Positions 38,417 through 48,930 are shown, counted from the whole stretch's first letter. The stretch is DNA of 62,499 nt, filler included, from Actinomycetota bacterium (GCA_025963875.1; 5 parts of 5 records of this genome joined end to end with filler, not necessarily neighbours in it), one strand, 5' to 3'. The notes: generated by a model from the sequence alone, not told the origin. Numbers and translations: made by a program.

Positions 38417-39220
38417 GTGGAATTCCTAGTGGAGTTCGAAGTCAAGATTCCGGAGGGCACCCCGGAATCGGAGATCAATCACCGTAATGGTGCGGAAGCG
38501 GCCGCTGCGGCAAAGCTGGTCGACGAAGGCAACCTTGTCCGCCTCTGGAAGCCTCGCGTCGGAACTGCCGGCAAGGTCCTTGGTCTGTACCGGGCTGGCA
38601 CCGAAACAGAGCTCGACGCTCTGCTCAAAGCCTTGCCGCTCTCCGACTGGATGCGTGTCACCATCACCCCGCTCGGGCAGCACCCCAACGACCCGGAGGC
38701 GACCGGCTCCCGGCCCACTGCCGCAACGACCTCGCAGCCGTCACCTGCGGCCAATCGGCTTCCCGAGCCTTGCCTGACCAAGGTCTATCGCTTGGAGGCA
38801 ACGCTTGGCCAGCCGCTGGATGTCGGCGACATCGCGCAAGGCAGGCGGCGCATCGTCCCCCTGAGCGGCGGCACATTCACCGGTCCTGAGATCAAAGGAG
38901 AGTTGCTCCCGGGCGTGAGCGCTGATTGGCAGATCGTCCTTCCGGACGGCACTGCGCTCGGTGACATCCGCTACACACTCCAGACCGACCGCGGCGACCT
39001 GCTCTACGTTCAATCACGAGGTGTGCGCCACGGCAGCGCCGAAGTGCTCGCACGCCTCGGCCGCGGCGAGGACGTCGACGCAAGCGAGTACACCTTCCGC
39101 ACGTCGACCCAGATCGAGACCGCGGCCGCCGATCTCGACTGGCTGAACAAGGGCATCTTCGTGAGTGTCGGCGGCCGGCAGGCCGGAGGTGTCATCTACG
39201 AGACCTACCTCGTCGGATGA
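38417..39220 (+). CDS. Muconolactone delta-isomerase-like / DUF3237 fusion protein
   Basis: MEFLV...RLW...LGLYRA...LPL..WM.V.ITPL..HPNDP, then GRRRIVPL.GG.F.GP...ADWQ...DIRYTLQTD...YTFRT...WLN. Confidence 0.82.
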   Translation: MEFLVEFEVKIPEGTPESEINHRNGAEAAAAAKLVDEGNLVRLWKPRVGTAGKVLGLYRAGTETELDALLKALPLSDWMRVTITPLGQHPNDPEATGSRPTAATTSQPSPAANRLPEPCLTKVYRLEATLGQPLDVGDIAQGRRRIVPLSGGTFTGPEIKGELLPGVSADWQIVLPDGTALGDIRYTLQTDRGDLLYVQSRGVRHGSAEVLARLGRGEDVDASEYTFRTSTQIETAAADLDWLNKGIFVSVGGRQAGGVIYETYLVG

Positions 39221-39295
39221 GCCCGGCGGCCGCCCCTGTCGTGATCATCACTGGCGCCTCAGGCGGCATCGGCGCAGGCCTGGTCGCCGCGCGCC
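39217..39295 (+). pseudogene. Short-chain dehydrogenase N-terminal remnant
   Basis: ATGA-coupled start; VVIITGASGGIGAGLV Rossmann motif, after which similarity is lost. Confidence 0.6.
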
Positions 39296-39410
39296 GGCGC
39301 CTCGCGTGCCACTCCGGACGAACACGCACCTGCTCATGGGTCGACGACACGGGCGAGGAAGAGCACGCACCCGGTATCGCGATTCGTTGCGTTGGGCCTG
39401 GGCCGCTCGG

Positions 39411-39583
39411 TCAACTCGCGCGCACGAACATGCGACGCGACGGGAAGGTCAGGCCGTCGCCCGTCCGGAAGGCAGCCGCGTACTCCTCGACCTGGGAGCG
39501 CACCGCCTCTCGCTCGTTTTCGGGCAGCGTCTTCATGATCACCGCGAGCGGACCGGCGATCTCGGTGTTCAGCTCCCAGTACC
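39411..39583 (-). CDS. C-terminal fragment, probably a class I SAM methyltransferase
   Basis: Manual translation YWELNTEIAGPLAVIMKTLPENEREAVRSQVEEYAAAFRTGDGLTFPSRRMFVRAS*. Confidence 0.5.
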
Positions 39584-39683
39584 NNNNNNNNNNNNNNNNN
39601 NNNNNNNNNNNNNNNNNNNNNNNNNNNTTAATTAATTAANNNNNNNNNNNNNNNNNNNNNNNNNNNNNNNNNNNNNNNNNNNN
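39584..39683. other. Artificial contig linker
   Basis: N/TTAATTAATTAA/N. Confidence 0.98.
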
Positions 39684-40906
39684 CGAGACTCCGCGGGAAT
39701 CGGGATCTTGGAGGGCTCAAGACGGCAGCTGACCGGACCGACCTGCGCGATGCCCTGGACGAGTTCCTGTCCACTGGGAAGGTGAACGCCCCAGTTCGCC
39801 TCGAGATAGCTGCCTCATGGCACCGGTCGATGGCGTCCGCCCTCCATCCCGACCGGCTCGAGGTCCCGTTCGCGTCCGAACCGGACACGGACGACCGTCT
39901 CGTGCGTGCCGCCCGGCCCGTCCTGGATCGCCTCGTCGAAGATCTCGATTTCGTATCGATGAGCGTCGTGCTCTCCGACCAGAGCGGCCGAGTCCTCGAT
40001 CGCCTGGTCAGCGATAGGAAGCTGGAGACTCAGCTCGACGGCGTCATGTTCGCGCCCGGTTTTGGTTTTGGCGAAGGCCAGGTAGGAACCAACGGGATCG
40101 GGACCTCGCTCGAGCGAGGGGCACCCTTCATGGTCACGGGGAACGAACACTTCGTCGGCCAGTTCACGCACATGGCCTGCGCCGCCGCCCCCATCGTCGA
40201 CCCGACCGCCGGGTCGGTCCTTCGCGTGGTCGATCTGACCTGCCCGGTGGACAGCTCCCACGCCTTGATGCTGGCCATGGCAAAGCGGTCGGCCCGCGAG
40301 ATTGAAGCCCGGCTTGTCAGCGGGAACCCCCAGGCTGACCGGGTCCTTCTTGAACGTTTCCTACGGGCGCGACGGGGTTCCCGCGGAGCCCTGGTGGCCC
40401 TTAATGGGCAGGTGATGTACACGAACGCCCCGGCGGTCAGGCTCATGCGCGGTGTCGAGCGTGCTGTCCTGTGGGATCTCGTCGCATCGGCGCTGGTCGA
40501 TCAGCGGCGGGGCCTGCTCCATATTCCCTTCCTGCCTGCCGGCTCGAGCCTCGTCTCGTGCGAGGCGATAGAAGACGGCGGCGAGCTCACCGGGGCCCTG
40601 TTGCGCTTCCTGCCCGCCGAGCCGGCGGCGACGAGCTCCCACCCTCGCGCTCCTCAACGTCGGCCCCGCCGGCCGACAGTCGGGTGGGAGAGCCTGACCG
40701 AAACCGAACGCAGCGTCGCAAGTCTCGTGACCGAGGGCCGCACCAACCGGGAGGTCGCCGCCTCGCTGTTCCTGTCGCACCACACCGTCGGTTACCACCT
40801 CCGCCATATCTTCGGCAAACTCGGCATTGATTCCCGCGTCGAACTGACCCGTCTCATGGTCGAGCGGACAACCAGGGGCCTTCTGAAGAGTCACAACCCC
40901 CCGTGA
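39684..40906 (+). CDS. GAF (AcoR-type) plus LuxR HTH regulator (frame open to contig start)
   Basis: IAASWHRS, GTNGIGT, EHF...CAAAPI.DP; GWESLTETE...TNREVA..LFLSHHTV.YHLRHIF.KL. Confidence 0.85.
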
Positions 40907-41204
40907 TGGCAAGACCGCCGAAGCGTGGGGCTTCGAATACCTGCTGAGCCCCTCCAACGACGGGCTTATCCCGACCTGAGCGCGACATCGACTGTGCAAG
41001 AACTAGTAAGGCGAGTGATGTCCGCACACTCGGGTCCATGCTTTCCACCGCCGCCAGGCCGAGACCCTCCAGGCTGACACTCAGAGACAGAGTGCGCCTG
41101 TGGGGAGGTGGTGCCCGGCGTTCACTCTGAGAGTCAGGTCCCATCGCAGCCAGGATTTCGGTGCCCCGCTTGGTGCCACCCACTCACACCAAGGAGAATG
41201 CCAA

Positions 41205-42170
41205 ATGCCCGACAACGAACCCACCAAGAATCCGACGGTCGTGTTCGTGCACCGCGCCTTCGCCGACGCCTCAAGCTGGGCCGGCGTTATCAAGAGACTC
41301 GCACTCCAAGCTTTGCGCTGGCCAGTAGTCACAGCCATAATCGCCCTCGCCACGCTCGTAACAATCCCCGCGTTTGCCAGTGCACAGCTGAGCAGCTCTG
41401 GTGAAGCGTCTCCCGCCGCTGGTGCGCCCAAGCCGACGATCGTCCTCGTTCACGGGGGGTGGGCCGACGGGTCCAGTTGGGACCAGGTGATACCGATCCT
41501 CCAACGCGAGGGCTATACGGTCGACGCGCCACCCAACCCGTTGCGAGGCCTCGCGAGCGACTCGGCCTACTTGGCGAGTTACCTGAGCACGATCTCCGGA
41601 CCGATCGTCCTCGTGGGTCACTCCGTTGGCGGGATGGTGATCACCAACGCGGCCACGGGGAATCCGAACGTGAAGGGCCTCGTGTATGTCGACGCCTTCG
41701 AGCCTGCAGCGGGTGAGACGGTCGCGCAGCTCACCTTTTCGAGACCAGGGTCGTGTCTCTCCGGTGGCGGCGACCCGAGCAACGTTTTCAACTTTGGGGT
41801 GGACCCGTCACAACCGTCGGGGGACTACGACGTGTATTTGAAGATCCCTCCGGGAACAAACTACCCCGGGTTCGATGATTGCTTTGCCACCTTGGTTCCC
41901 CGTCAGCAAGCAGCGGTACTCGGAGCGACTCAGCGTCCGATTGCCCTCGACTTCATCACGGATGAGTCTGGGACTCCGGCGTGGGCTGGCATCCCGTCCT
42001 GGGCGGTGATCGGCACTCAGGACCAAGTCATTCCACCGGCCGAGCTGACCTTCATGGCGCAGCGAGCGAACTCGCATGTCACCTACGTCGACGCAGGACA
42101 CTTGTCGATGATCACGCAGCCGTGGGCCGTGGCTCACGTCATCACTGATGCAGCAGTAGCCACCGGTTAG
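41205..42170 (+). CDS. Alpha/beta hydrolase with chimeric, duplicated N-terminus
   Basis: AAGGAG RBS; KPTIVLVHGGWADGSSW, GHSVGG, D.VIPP, AGHLSM. Confidence 0.85.
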   Translation: MPDNEPTKNPTVVFVHRAFADASSWAGVIKRLALQALRWPVVTAIIALATLVTIPAFASAQLSSSGEASPAAGAPKPTIVLVHGGWADGSSWDQVIPILQREGYTVDAPPNPLRGLASDSAYLASYLSTISGPIVLVGHSVGGMVITNAATGNPNVKGLVYVDAFEPAAGETVAQLTFSRPGSCLSGGGDPSNVFNFGVDPSQPSGDYDVYLKIPPGTNYPGFDDCFATLVPRQQAAVLGATQRPIALDFITDESGTPAWAGIPSWAVIGTQDQVIPPAELTFMAQRANSHVTYVDAGHLSMITQPWAVAHVITDAAVATG

Positions 42171-42297
42171 TCGAGTCAGGGGCTAGGCCAGCGCTCCCAG
42201 TTCTTCGGCACTCTGGACAGCGCTGGCAGCGCTCATTTCGGCAGCATCCAGGCAGGTAAACGCCCACGCTCGGGCAGACCAGAAAGGGAAAAATGAA

Positions 42298-42999
42298 ATG
42301 AACGATCGACCGAACATAGTGCTCGTTCACGGCGCTTGGGCCGACGGCTCCAGTTGGAGCTCGGTCATCGAACAGCTCCAGGCCGAGGGTTACCACGTCA
42401 CCGCCCCACAGTTCCCGTTGACGTCGTTGACCAACGACGTGGCCAGGCTGCGCCAGGTGCTGGATTTCCAGGACGGCCCGACAATCGTCGTCGGACACTC
42501 CTACGGCGGACAAGTAATGACCGCTCTTGGCACCGACGCCCCGAACGTCGTTGGCCTCGTCTACATCGCAGCTTTTGCGCTCGACCAAGGCGAGTCCCTC
42601 GGAGCGCTGTTGTCACAGGGTCCCGTTACCCCGGCTCTGGCTCACCTCTTCACCGACAAGCAGGGTTTTGGTTGGCTCTCAGAAGATGACTTTGTCGAGC
42701 ACTTTGCGGCCGATGTCGACCCGACGAAGGCGAAAGTCATGTACGCCGTGCAGCAGGCGCTCGCGGGGTCCGCCTTCACAGACGTGATCGCTGCGCCGGC
42801 ATGGAGAACCCTGCCCTCGTGGTACCTAGTTGCGACGAACGACGAAGCGATCCCTCCAGATGCCGAGCGCCAATTCGCAAATCGCATGGGAGCGACGACC
42901 GTCGAGGTCCCCTCCAGTCATGTGCCGATGGTGTCCCACCCAAAGGACGTCGTCGAGCTGATCGAGTCGGCGCTCGACGCCTGCCAGCCCACTGGCTGA
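42298..42999 (+). CDS. Alpha/beta hydrolase (Abhydrolase_6-like)
   Basis: IVLVHGAWADGSSW, GHSYGG, PSWYLVA.ND.AIPP, SSHVP. Confidence 0.92.
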   Translation: MNDRPNIVLVHGAWADGSSWSSVIEQLQAEGYHVTAPQFPLTSLTNDVARLRQVLDFQDGPTIVVGHSYGGQVMTALGTDAPNVVGLVYIAAFALDQGESLGALLSQGPVTPALAHLFTDKQGFGWLSEDDFVEHFAADVDPTKAKVMYAVQQALAGSAFTDVIAAPAWRTLPSWYLVATNDEAIPPDAERQFANRMGATTVEVPSSHVPMVSHPKDVVELIESALDACQPTG

Positions 43000-43206
43000 C
43001 CGGCCGTGCGCGACATCGTCGTTTTGGGGTCCGCGAGCAGTGAGATAGGCGGCGGTGAACCGAGGCGCCGCCGCAGGGCGTCGGCGGCGGGGATTTGTCA
43101 CGAAGTTGGATGCACGAGCGATCACCGCCGAAGGGGCCATGCAGCTACTGGACCAAGCGTTTCGCGAGATACGCGTTCGCAACGAAGAGGAAGCAAGGTA
43201 CCGGAG

Positions 43207-43545
43207 ATGACCAACTCGTATTCCGAGCTACCGCACAAGCTGGTGAGTGGTGCAAACGGCGTCGACTACCCGTATCGGGAGACCGGGGACAGTCCGATGC
43301 CACCGGTTCTCCTCCAGCACTTCCGGGGGAACCTCGATTTCTGGGACCCGGTTCTGGTTGATCGCATTGCCCAGGATCGGGAGGTCATCCCGCTTGCCAA
43401 CCGAGGCATGGGGGCTTCGACCGGGGTTGTTCCGGACAAAGTGACTGACATGGCCCGCGACGCCATTCTCTTCGTCGGCGCACTCGGACTCGATCTTCGT
43501 CGACGCGCTCCTGCCCGGCCACGGATCTCCCCACTACTGCCGTGA
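43207..43545 (+). pseudogene. Truncated alpha/beta hydrolase
   Basis: NGVDY.YR..G, LLQHFRGNLD.WDP, NRG.GAS.G..P...MARDA; ends before the GxSxG nucleophile. Confidence 0.75.
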
Positions 43546-44558
43546 CCGCCCCCGCCCCTCGACACCACCTCCACGAGGCGCCGCTGCGGGTGCTCGTCGG
43601 CAACGAGCGCTTCTCCGAGGATCACGCCTGGTCGGAGATGCCGCAGCACTGGCCAGCCTGCCTTGCCGGCCGCGCTGTGATCGAAGTCGTCGGCCACGGC
43701 CAGCTCGAAGCGCGCTTGGTCGATGGCGGGCCGCCCGTCGACGTGGTCGTCCCGCTGTGGTCGCCGCTGCCCGGGCGGGCCATCCGGGCCGGGAACTTCG
43801 GCCTCGTCCAACAGTTCGGGGTCGGGGTCGACAACATCGACCTTGACGTGGCCGCCGACGAAGGGGTGTGGGTCGCCAACATGCCCGGCCTCAACGCCGT
43901 GCCTATCGCCGAGCACGCCGTGGCGCTCCTCCTCGCGCTGGCCCGACGCCTCCCCGAAGCCTCAAAGGGCTTCGAGCCTGGCCGATGGGGACAGCCCGCC
44001 GGCCGCTCACTCTCCGGTACGGCGGCGTGCATCCTCGGCGCCGGCGCCGTCGGCACCGAGATCGCCCGCCGGCTCGCTGCCTTGGACGTGACCGTCACCG
44101 GCGTACGCCGCCATCCGCCAAGCGGCCCCGTCCCGCCGTTCGCCGCCGTTTACACCGCCGACCGCCTCCTCGACTGCGTCGCCGAAGTCGACTCCGTCAC
44201 CATCGCGGCCAGTCATCAGGCCGGGCAGCCGCCCCTCGTCGACGACACCGTGCTCCGAGCCATGCGCCCCGGCGCCTGGCTCGTCAACATCGCCCGCGGC
44301 GCCCTCCTCGACGCCGAGGCCGCCCTCGCCCACGTCAACACCGGGCACCTCGCAGGCATGGGGCTCGACGTGTTCCCGACCGAGCCCTACCCCGCCGACG
44401 GGCCACTGCTCGCCCACCCGCGCATCGTGGCGACCGCCCACACCGCCTCCCTCACCAGCGACTACTTCGCAGCCGCCAGCCGACGACTCGGCGACGCCCT
44501 CGCCGCCTACCTCGATCATCAACCACCCGCCGGACTGCTCAAGACCGTTCCTCAATAA
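43542..44558 (+). CDS. D-isomer specific 2-hydroxyacid dehydrogenase
   Basis: GVGVDNID, N.PG.NA..IAEHA, GAGAVG, LVNIARG, LDVF..EP, TAHTA. Confidence 0.9.
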   Translation: MTAPAPRHHLHEAPLRVLVGNERFSEDHAWSEMPQHWPACLAGRAVIEVVGHGQLEARLVDGGPPVDVVVPLWSPLPGRAIRAGNFGLVQQFGVGVDNIDLDVAADEGVWVANMPGLNAVPIAEHAVALLLALARRLPEASKGFEPGRWGQPAGRSLSGTAACILGAGAVGTEIARRLAALDVTVTGVRRHPPSGPVPPFAAVYTADRLLDCVAEVDSVTIAASHQAGQPPLVDDTVLRAMRPGAWLVNIARGALLDAEAALAHVNTGHLAGMGLDVFPTEPYPADGPLLAHPRIVATAHTASLTSDYFAAASRRLGDALAAYLDHQPPAGLLKTVPQ

Positions 44559-45016
44559 AGGAGCACTTGGGACAAGCACTCCCCGGCCCGCCGAATGGTC
44601 TTGCGGACCTGGAATCCGCTGATGGTCCGGTCGCCAGTCAGCGAGTCACCCAACCGGTTTGCATCCACAGCTCCCACCTGTTCAACCAGGACGCGGCGGA
44701 CCTCTCCTTCAGGACAACGGATCTGGGCAGGGCGGGATTCTTTGAGTACAGGACGACGCTGTACGTCGTTTTGTGCTCACAGAATTCCCACAGGTACTCT
44801 CAGCCTCTCTCCGGCAGACCGGCTGGTCTGGTCGGGGCATCCTCCGGCCCCCCAGTCCTACGCCGCATCCGGCCGCCCCTGTGCCTTACGGGCCACCGGT
44901 TCCTGTGTGCGGTCCCGGGCGGATAGGTAGCTCTCTCCACCGGCCCCCCGGGAGCTACCCGGAGGGTTGCTTCGATCCTCTGGTCGGGTGCAGTCACACC
45001 CCCACCGCCCCAGTAC

Positions 45017-45030
45017 CGAACATATGTTCT
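45017..45030. promoter_or_regulatory. Candidate LexA (SOS) box
   Basis: CGAAC-ATAT-GTTCT matches the Gram-positive GAAC-N4-GTTC consensus; intergenic. Confidence 0.55.
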
Positions 45031-45109
45031 TGTGCCACACACTTCCCCACGTCCGCAACTGCAACCTTAAGACTGAGCAGCCTGCGACCCCCCGGCCAGT
45101 GCCAGCCGC

Positions 45110-46282
45110 TCACGGGTACCTGGCCTCGACGACGTAGCTGGTCTGGTCGCCCAGCGGGTTGCTGATCTGCACCAGGTGCTGTCGCACCTCGTCCTGGAAC
45201 GACACCGGCGCCGGCGGGGGCGGGGCGATGTTGGGCACCTGGGTGCCGTGCGTGGCGATGGCCGGCGAGCCCGTCACCGCGAACAGCCCGGACAGCGGCT
45301 TGACGTTGGTTGTGTCGCAGGTGTTCTGCAGGCATCCGAGCCCGAAGGACTGCTGGATCGTGGACAGGAGCGAATAGTGGTTGGCGGGCGTGGCGTCGGT
45401 GACGTGGCGGGGGCCGTGGCTCGTCACCACCACGGCGGCCACCTGACCGCCGCCGGGGCTGGCGTTGCAGCACCCGGCGTTGTCGCCGCCCTCGTCGAAG
45501 ACGACCGCCACCGCATTGTTGCCCTTGGCCCAGAAGGAGGCACCCGTGATCTGGCTGACGGTGCTGCCCAGCGCGGCATCGCCCGTGGCGACCAGCCGTT
45601 GATCCTGGGGATCCGACCCTCCCGGGCTCCCCGAGTCGATGCAGTACGGGGGATCGCCGTGCATGTCGTGGCACTCGTCGGGGACGACGTAGCCGAAGGC
45701 AGGGACCCTGCCCGACGAGAGGTCGCCGGCGAGCTGGCCCGAGGGCACCTGCCGGGCCCAGTCCCTGGGGTTCCGCGAACCGATGAAGTTCTGGATGCCG
45801 TCGTGCTTGGAGACGTAGAGCGGGTCGCTGTCCGGGGCTCCGTTGCACTTGACCGGGTAGCAGATGCCCTGGAAGCCGGGATGGGGAAGGCCCTGGAGGT
45901 AGGCCTTCCAGGAGATGTGAGCGGCGTCGAGCTGGCTGATCAGGCTCGGGGCTGCCACCGATTGCATCCAGTACGGGTTGTCGCTGGTGACGCCAAACGG
46001 GCTGCCGCCCAGGAGGGCCACATAGTTGGGCTCGCTCGGGTGCGTCACGCCGAAGTACTGCGTGGCCAACCCGAACTGGTGGGCCAGGGCGTTGAGGTTC
46101 GGTGCCGCGGGGTTGCCGATGACATCGGCGAAGCCGTGGTTCTCCTCGACGATCACGAAGATGTGGTCGTACCGGGCCACCGCCGGTGAGCCACTGGCGG
46201 TGGCGCCCCCCGTGGCCAGAGCCACCGCAGCGGTGAGGATGGTGGCGAGGAGACCGATGGATCGCCGCAATCCGTACCGCAT
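45110..46282 (-). CDS. Secreted phosphoesterase (acid phosphatase/PLC family)
   Basis: Signal peptide; HIFVIVEENH, THPSEPNY.AL, KH, DMH, FDE, NHYSLL.TI. Confidence 0.88.
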   Translation of the reverse strand: MRYGLRRSIGLLATILTAAVALATGGATASGSPAVARYDHIFVIVEENHGFADVIGNPAAPNLNALAHQFGLATQYFGVTHPSEPNYVALLGGSPFGVTSDNPYWMQSVAAPSLISQLDAAHISWKAYLQGLPHPGFQGICYPVKCNGAPDSDPLYVSKHDGIQNFIGSRNPRDWARQVPSGQLAGDLSSGRVPAFGYVVPDECHDMHGDPPYCIDSGSPGGSDPQDQRLVATGDAALGSTVSQITGASFWAKGNNAVAVVFDEGGDNAGCCNASPGGGQVAAVVVTSHGPRHVTDATPANHYSLLSTIQQSFGLGCLQNTCDTTNVKPLSGLFAVTGSPAIATHGTQVPNIAPPPPAPVSFQDEVRQHLVQISNPLGDQTSYVVEARYP

Positions 46283-46369
46283 TCCAGCAAACTAGACACC
46301 GGCCTGGACGGGGTCAACGAACGGCCCGCGAACCTTGCGCGAACAACTGGTGACACCTCCGGCGGCGTC

Positions 46370-48175
46370 CTACGGGAGGTGGTCCTGCATCTCCATGAGC
46401 AGGATGGCTCCCAGCACCTTGTGGTCGCTTCCCAGGGGGCCCATCGACACGGCACAGCGGATCCCCTTCCCCCGGCGGTTGGTGGCCTGGAGCGTGGTCT
46501 GCTCGCGCGGCGACTCGCTTGCCAGAACCCGGCGGATCGAGGGCATGAGCTCCTCGACGGGCAGGCCGATGTCGAGCCGCTCGAGTGCCTCTCCCCTCGC
46601 CTCGGCGGAGCGCAGCCCCCACATCTCCTCGGCGGCCGTGCTCCACATCGTGATCCTGAAGTCCCTGTCGATGACGACCACCGCGGACCCCAGGCCGCTC
46701 ATCACCGACTGCAGGAACAGGTGTGCCTCGTCCAGCTCTCCCGCACGCCGGCGTGCCTCGTCGTTGACGGCCTGGAGCTCATCGTTGGTCGACTCGAGCT
46801 CCTCGTTCATCATCTCGAGCTCCTCGTTCGTCGACTGCAGCTCCTGGTTGGTCGTCTCGAGCTCCTCGTTCGTCGACTGCAGCTCCTCGAGGGCGGTTTC
46901 GAGCTCCTGCGACACGGTCTGGAGGTCCTCCTCCACCTTCTTCAGCCGGCTCATGTCGGTGTAGGAGAGGAGGATGCCGATGACAGTGGCCCGCTCGTCC
47001 ACGAGGGGAGCCAGGTCGACGCTGATGTGCGTGATCTGTGGAGGTCCTCCGGCGAAGAAAACATCGGAGATGTGAACGGATGCCCGTTGGTCGATGACCT
47101 GCTGGAGAGGCAGGACCAGGTCGACTGGCCGGTACGCCGGCTCGAGCTCGTGGATCGACCGTCCGATGTCCGCCGGCCGGATCTGGAACATGGCGCGGGC
47201 CTGGGGGTTGGCGCCGACGAGGATCCCGCCGGGGTTCAGGATGAGCTGCGCCAGAGGGGTGGCATCGAACAGCAGGCTGTCGGACATCGTGCCGAGCGTC
47301 GCCCCGGCCTGGTCAACGAGGGGCGTGAGCCACAGCCGGGCACGGGCGGCGTCGCCGGGGACCTTGCGGAAGATCCTCCGCTTGAGGTCCACGGCCAGGA
47401 AGGACCTTTCCTTGGTGAACAGCATCTCTGCCTTGCCGAGCAGGAGGTAGCCGTCATCGTTCAGGGCGAAATGGAAGTTGTTGAGGACCTGCGCCTGCGT
47501 CTCGGCGTTCAGGTACATCAACGTGTTCCGGCAGGCGAGCAGGTCGATCCTGGAGATCGGGGCGTCGGCCACGATGTTGTGCCTGCCGAAGATGACCGAG
47601 CGGCGGAGCTCCTTGTCGAAGACAAACTGGTGCCCATTCCCCACGGGCTGGAAATACCGCGCGCCGAGGTCCTCGGGAACACCGTCCATCTTGGCTCGGG
47701 CATACGTAGCCGCCCGGGCTTCCGCGAGCGCCTCCTCGTCCACGTCCGTAGCGTAGATCTTCACGTTGTCGACGAACGCATCCCTCCCCAACCGCTCGGC
47801 AAGCAGCATCGCCAGGCTGTACGCCTCTTCGCCCGAGGCGCACCCTGCACTCCAGATACGGACCGGCCGCTCCTGGGTGCGCTCCGCGATGGCCGGCACG
47901 ACCTCGTCGGCGACATATCTCCAGATCTGGGGATCCCGGAAGAAGGAGGTGACGTTGATGAGCATGAAATTGAAGAGCTCCCCGAATTCCTCGGGGTGGA
48001 CCTCGAGGTAGTCCTGGTACCGGGGGAACCCGTCGATGCGGAGCATGTGCATGCGCTTCTGGATCCGCGACATCAGGCTCGAGGGCTTGTAGCCGGTGAA
48101 GTCGAAGCCACGGGTGGTCCGCAGGTACTCGAGCAGCTGATGGAATGCCGGCTCGGGCGGCGGCATCGGTGTCAC
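46370..48175 (-). CDS. cheR: CheR methyltransferase with PAS domains and coiled coil
   Basis: GFDFTGYK, INVTSFFRD, RIWSAGCASGEEAYS, YATDVD, CRNTLMY, ELQSTNEELETTN heptads. Confidence 0.92.
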   Translation of the reverse strand: MTPMPPPEPAFHQLLEYLRTTRGFDFTGYKPSSLMSRIQKRMHMLRIDGFPRYQDYLEVHPEEFGELFNFMLINVTSFFRDPQIWRYVADEVVPAIAERTQERPVRIWSAGCASGEEAYSLAMLLAERLGRDAFVDNVKIYATDVDEEALAEARAATYARAKMDGVPEDLGARYFQPVGNGHQFVFDKELRRSVIFGRHNIVADAPISRIDLLACRNTLMYLNAETQAQVLNNFHFALNDDGYLLLGKAEMLFTKERSFLAVDLKRRIFRKVPGDAARARLWLTPLVDQAGATLGTMSDSLLFDATPLAQLILNPGGILVGANPQARAMFQIRPADIGRSIHELEPAYRPVDLVLPLQQVIDQRASVHISDVFFAGGPPQITHISVDLAPLVDERATVIGILLSYTDMSRLKKVEEDLQTVSQELETALEELQSTNEELETTNQELQSTNEELEMMNEELESTNDELQAVNDEARRRAGELDEAHLFLQSVMSGLGSAVVVIDRDFRITMWSTAAEEMWGLRSAEARGEALERLDIGLPVEELMPSIRRVLASESPREQTTLQATNRRGKGIRCAVSMGPLGSDHKVLGAILLMEMQDHLP

Positions 48176-48828
48176 AAGGCTTCCTCAGCTGCAGAGGGCG
48201 TTGCAGGGGGAGGTTGCAGCAGGCGCACGAGGGCGGAAGAGATCAGGGCGAGGGGCAGCACGATGTCGACAGTGCCCGTCGCGATCGTCGCGGACGGCAT
48301 GCCGAAGAACTCGGAGGTGTCCTTGTCCTGGGCGATCACGGTCCCACCTGCTTTCTTGATCGCCTGGACCCCCCTCGCACCGTCGGACCCTGTCCCGGAC
48401 AGCACGACGGCAATGGCGCGGGCCGCGAACCTGGCCGCCACGGACTCGAACAGGATATCGGCGGAGGGACGCAGGAAATGGATCAATTCCGACTGCGACA
48501 GGGAGAGCGTTCCGCCGGCATTCACGACCAGGTGGTAGTTGGGTGGTGCGATGTAGACGCATCCCCCGGTGAGGTGGTCGCCCTCCTCCGCCATCTTGAC
48601 CCGCAGCTCCGTACGGCGGTCCAGCATGTCGGCCAGCAGCGTCTTGTGACGGGGGTCCAGATGCTGGACGAGCACCACCGCGGCAGGGAACGCCCCGGGC
48701 AGCCCTGACAGGACCGAGGTCAGGGCGGCCAACCCGCCGGCCGAGGAGGCGATGGCGACGAGCTCGAACGGCGGCGCGCCCACGGGGCGCACCACCGGGT
48801 CGTTCGCCCGCTCCACATGAGTGCCCAT
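48172..48828 (-). CDS. cheB: Stand-alone CheB methylesterase (no receiver domain)
   Basis: ASSAGG, VQHL, APPNYHL, RPSAD.LFES, LSGTGSDG, FGMP. Confidence 0.92.
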   Translation of the reverse strand: MGTHVERANDPVVRPVGAPPFELVAIASSAGGLAALTSVLSGLPGAFPAAVVLVQHLDPRHKTLLADMLDRRTELRVKMAEEGDHLTGGCVYIAPPNYHLVVNAGGTLSLSQSELIHFLRPSADILFESVAARFAARAIAVVLSGTGSDGARGVQAIKKAGGTVIAQDKDTSEFFGMPSATIATGTVDIVLPLALISSALVRLLQPPPATPSAAEEAL

Positions 48829-48873
48829 CAGCCGCCTCCGCTCCCACTGTAGTCCTGCCCCGGGGGCTGCGGA

Positions 48874-48914
48874 CGCCCCGCTGCCCGCCCGGGCGGCGGG
48901 CAGGCAGCGGGGCG
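48874..48914. terminator. GC-rich hairpin downstream of htrA
   Basis: CGCCCCGCTGCC...GGCAGCGGGGCG. Confidence 0.55.
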
Positions 48915-48930
48915 GTGAACCGGGGGCGGC

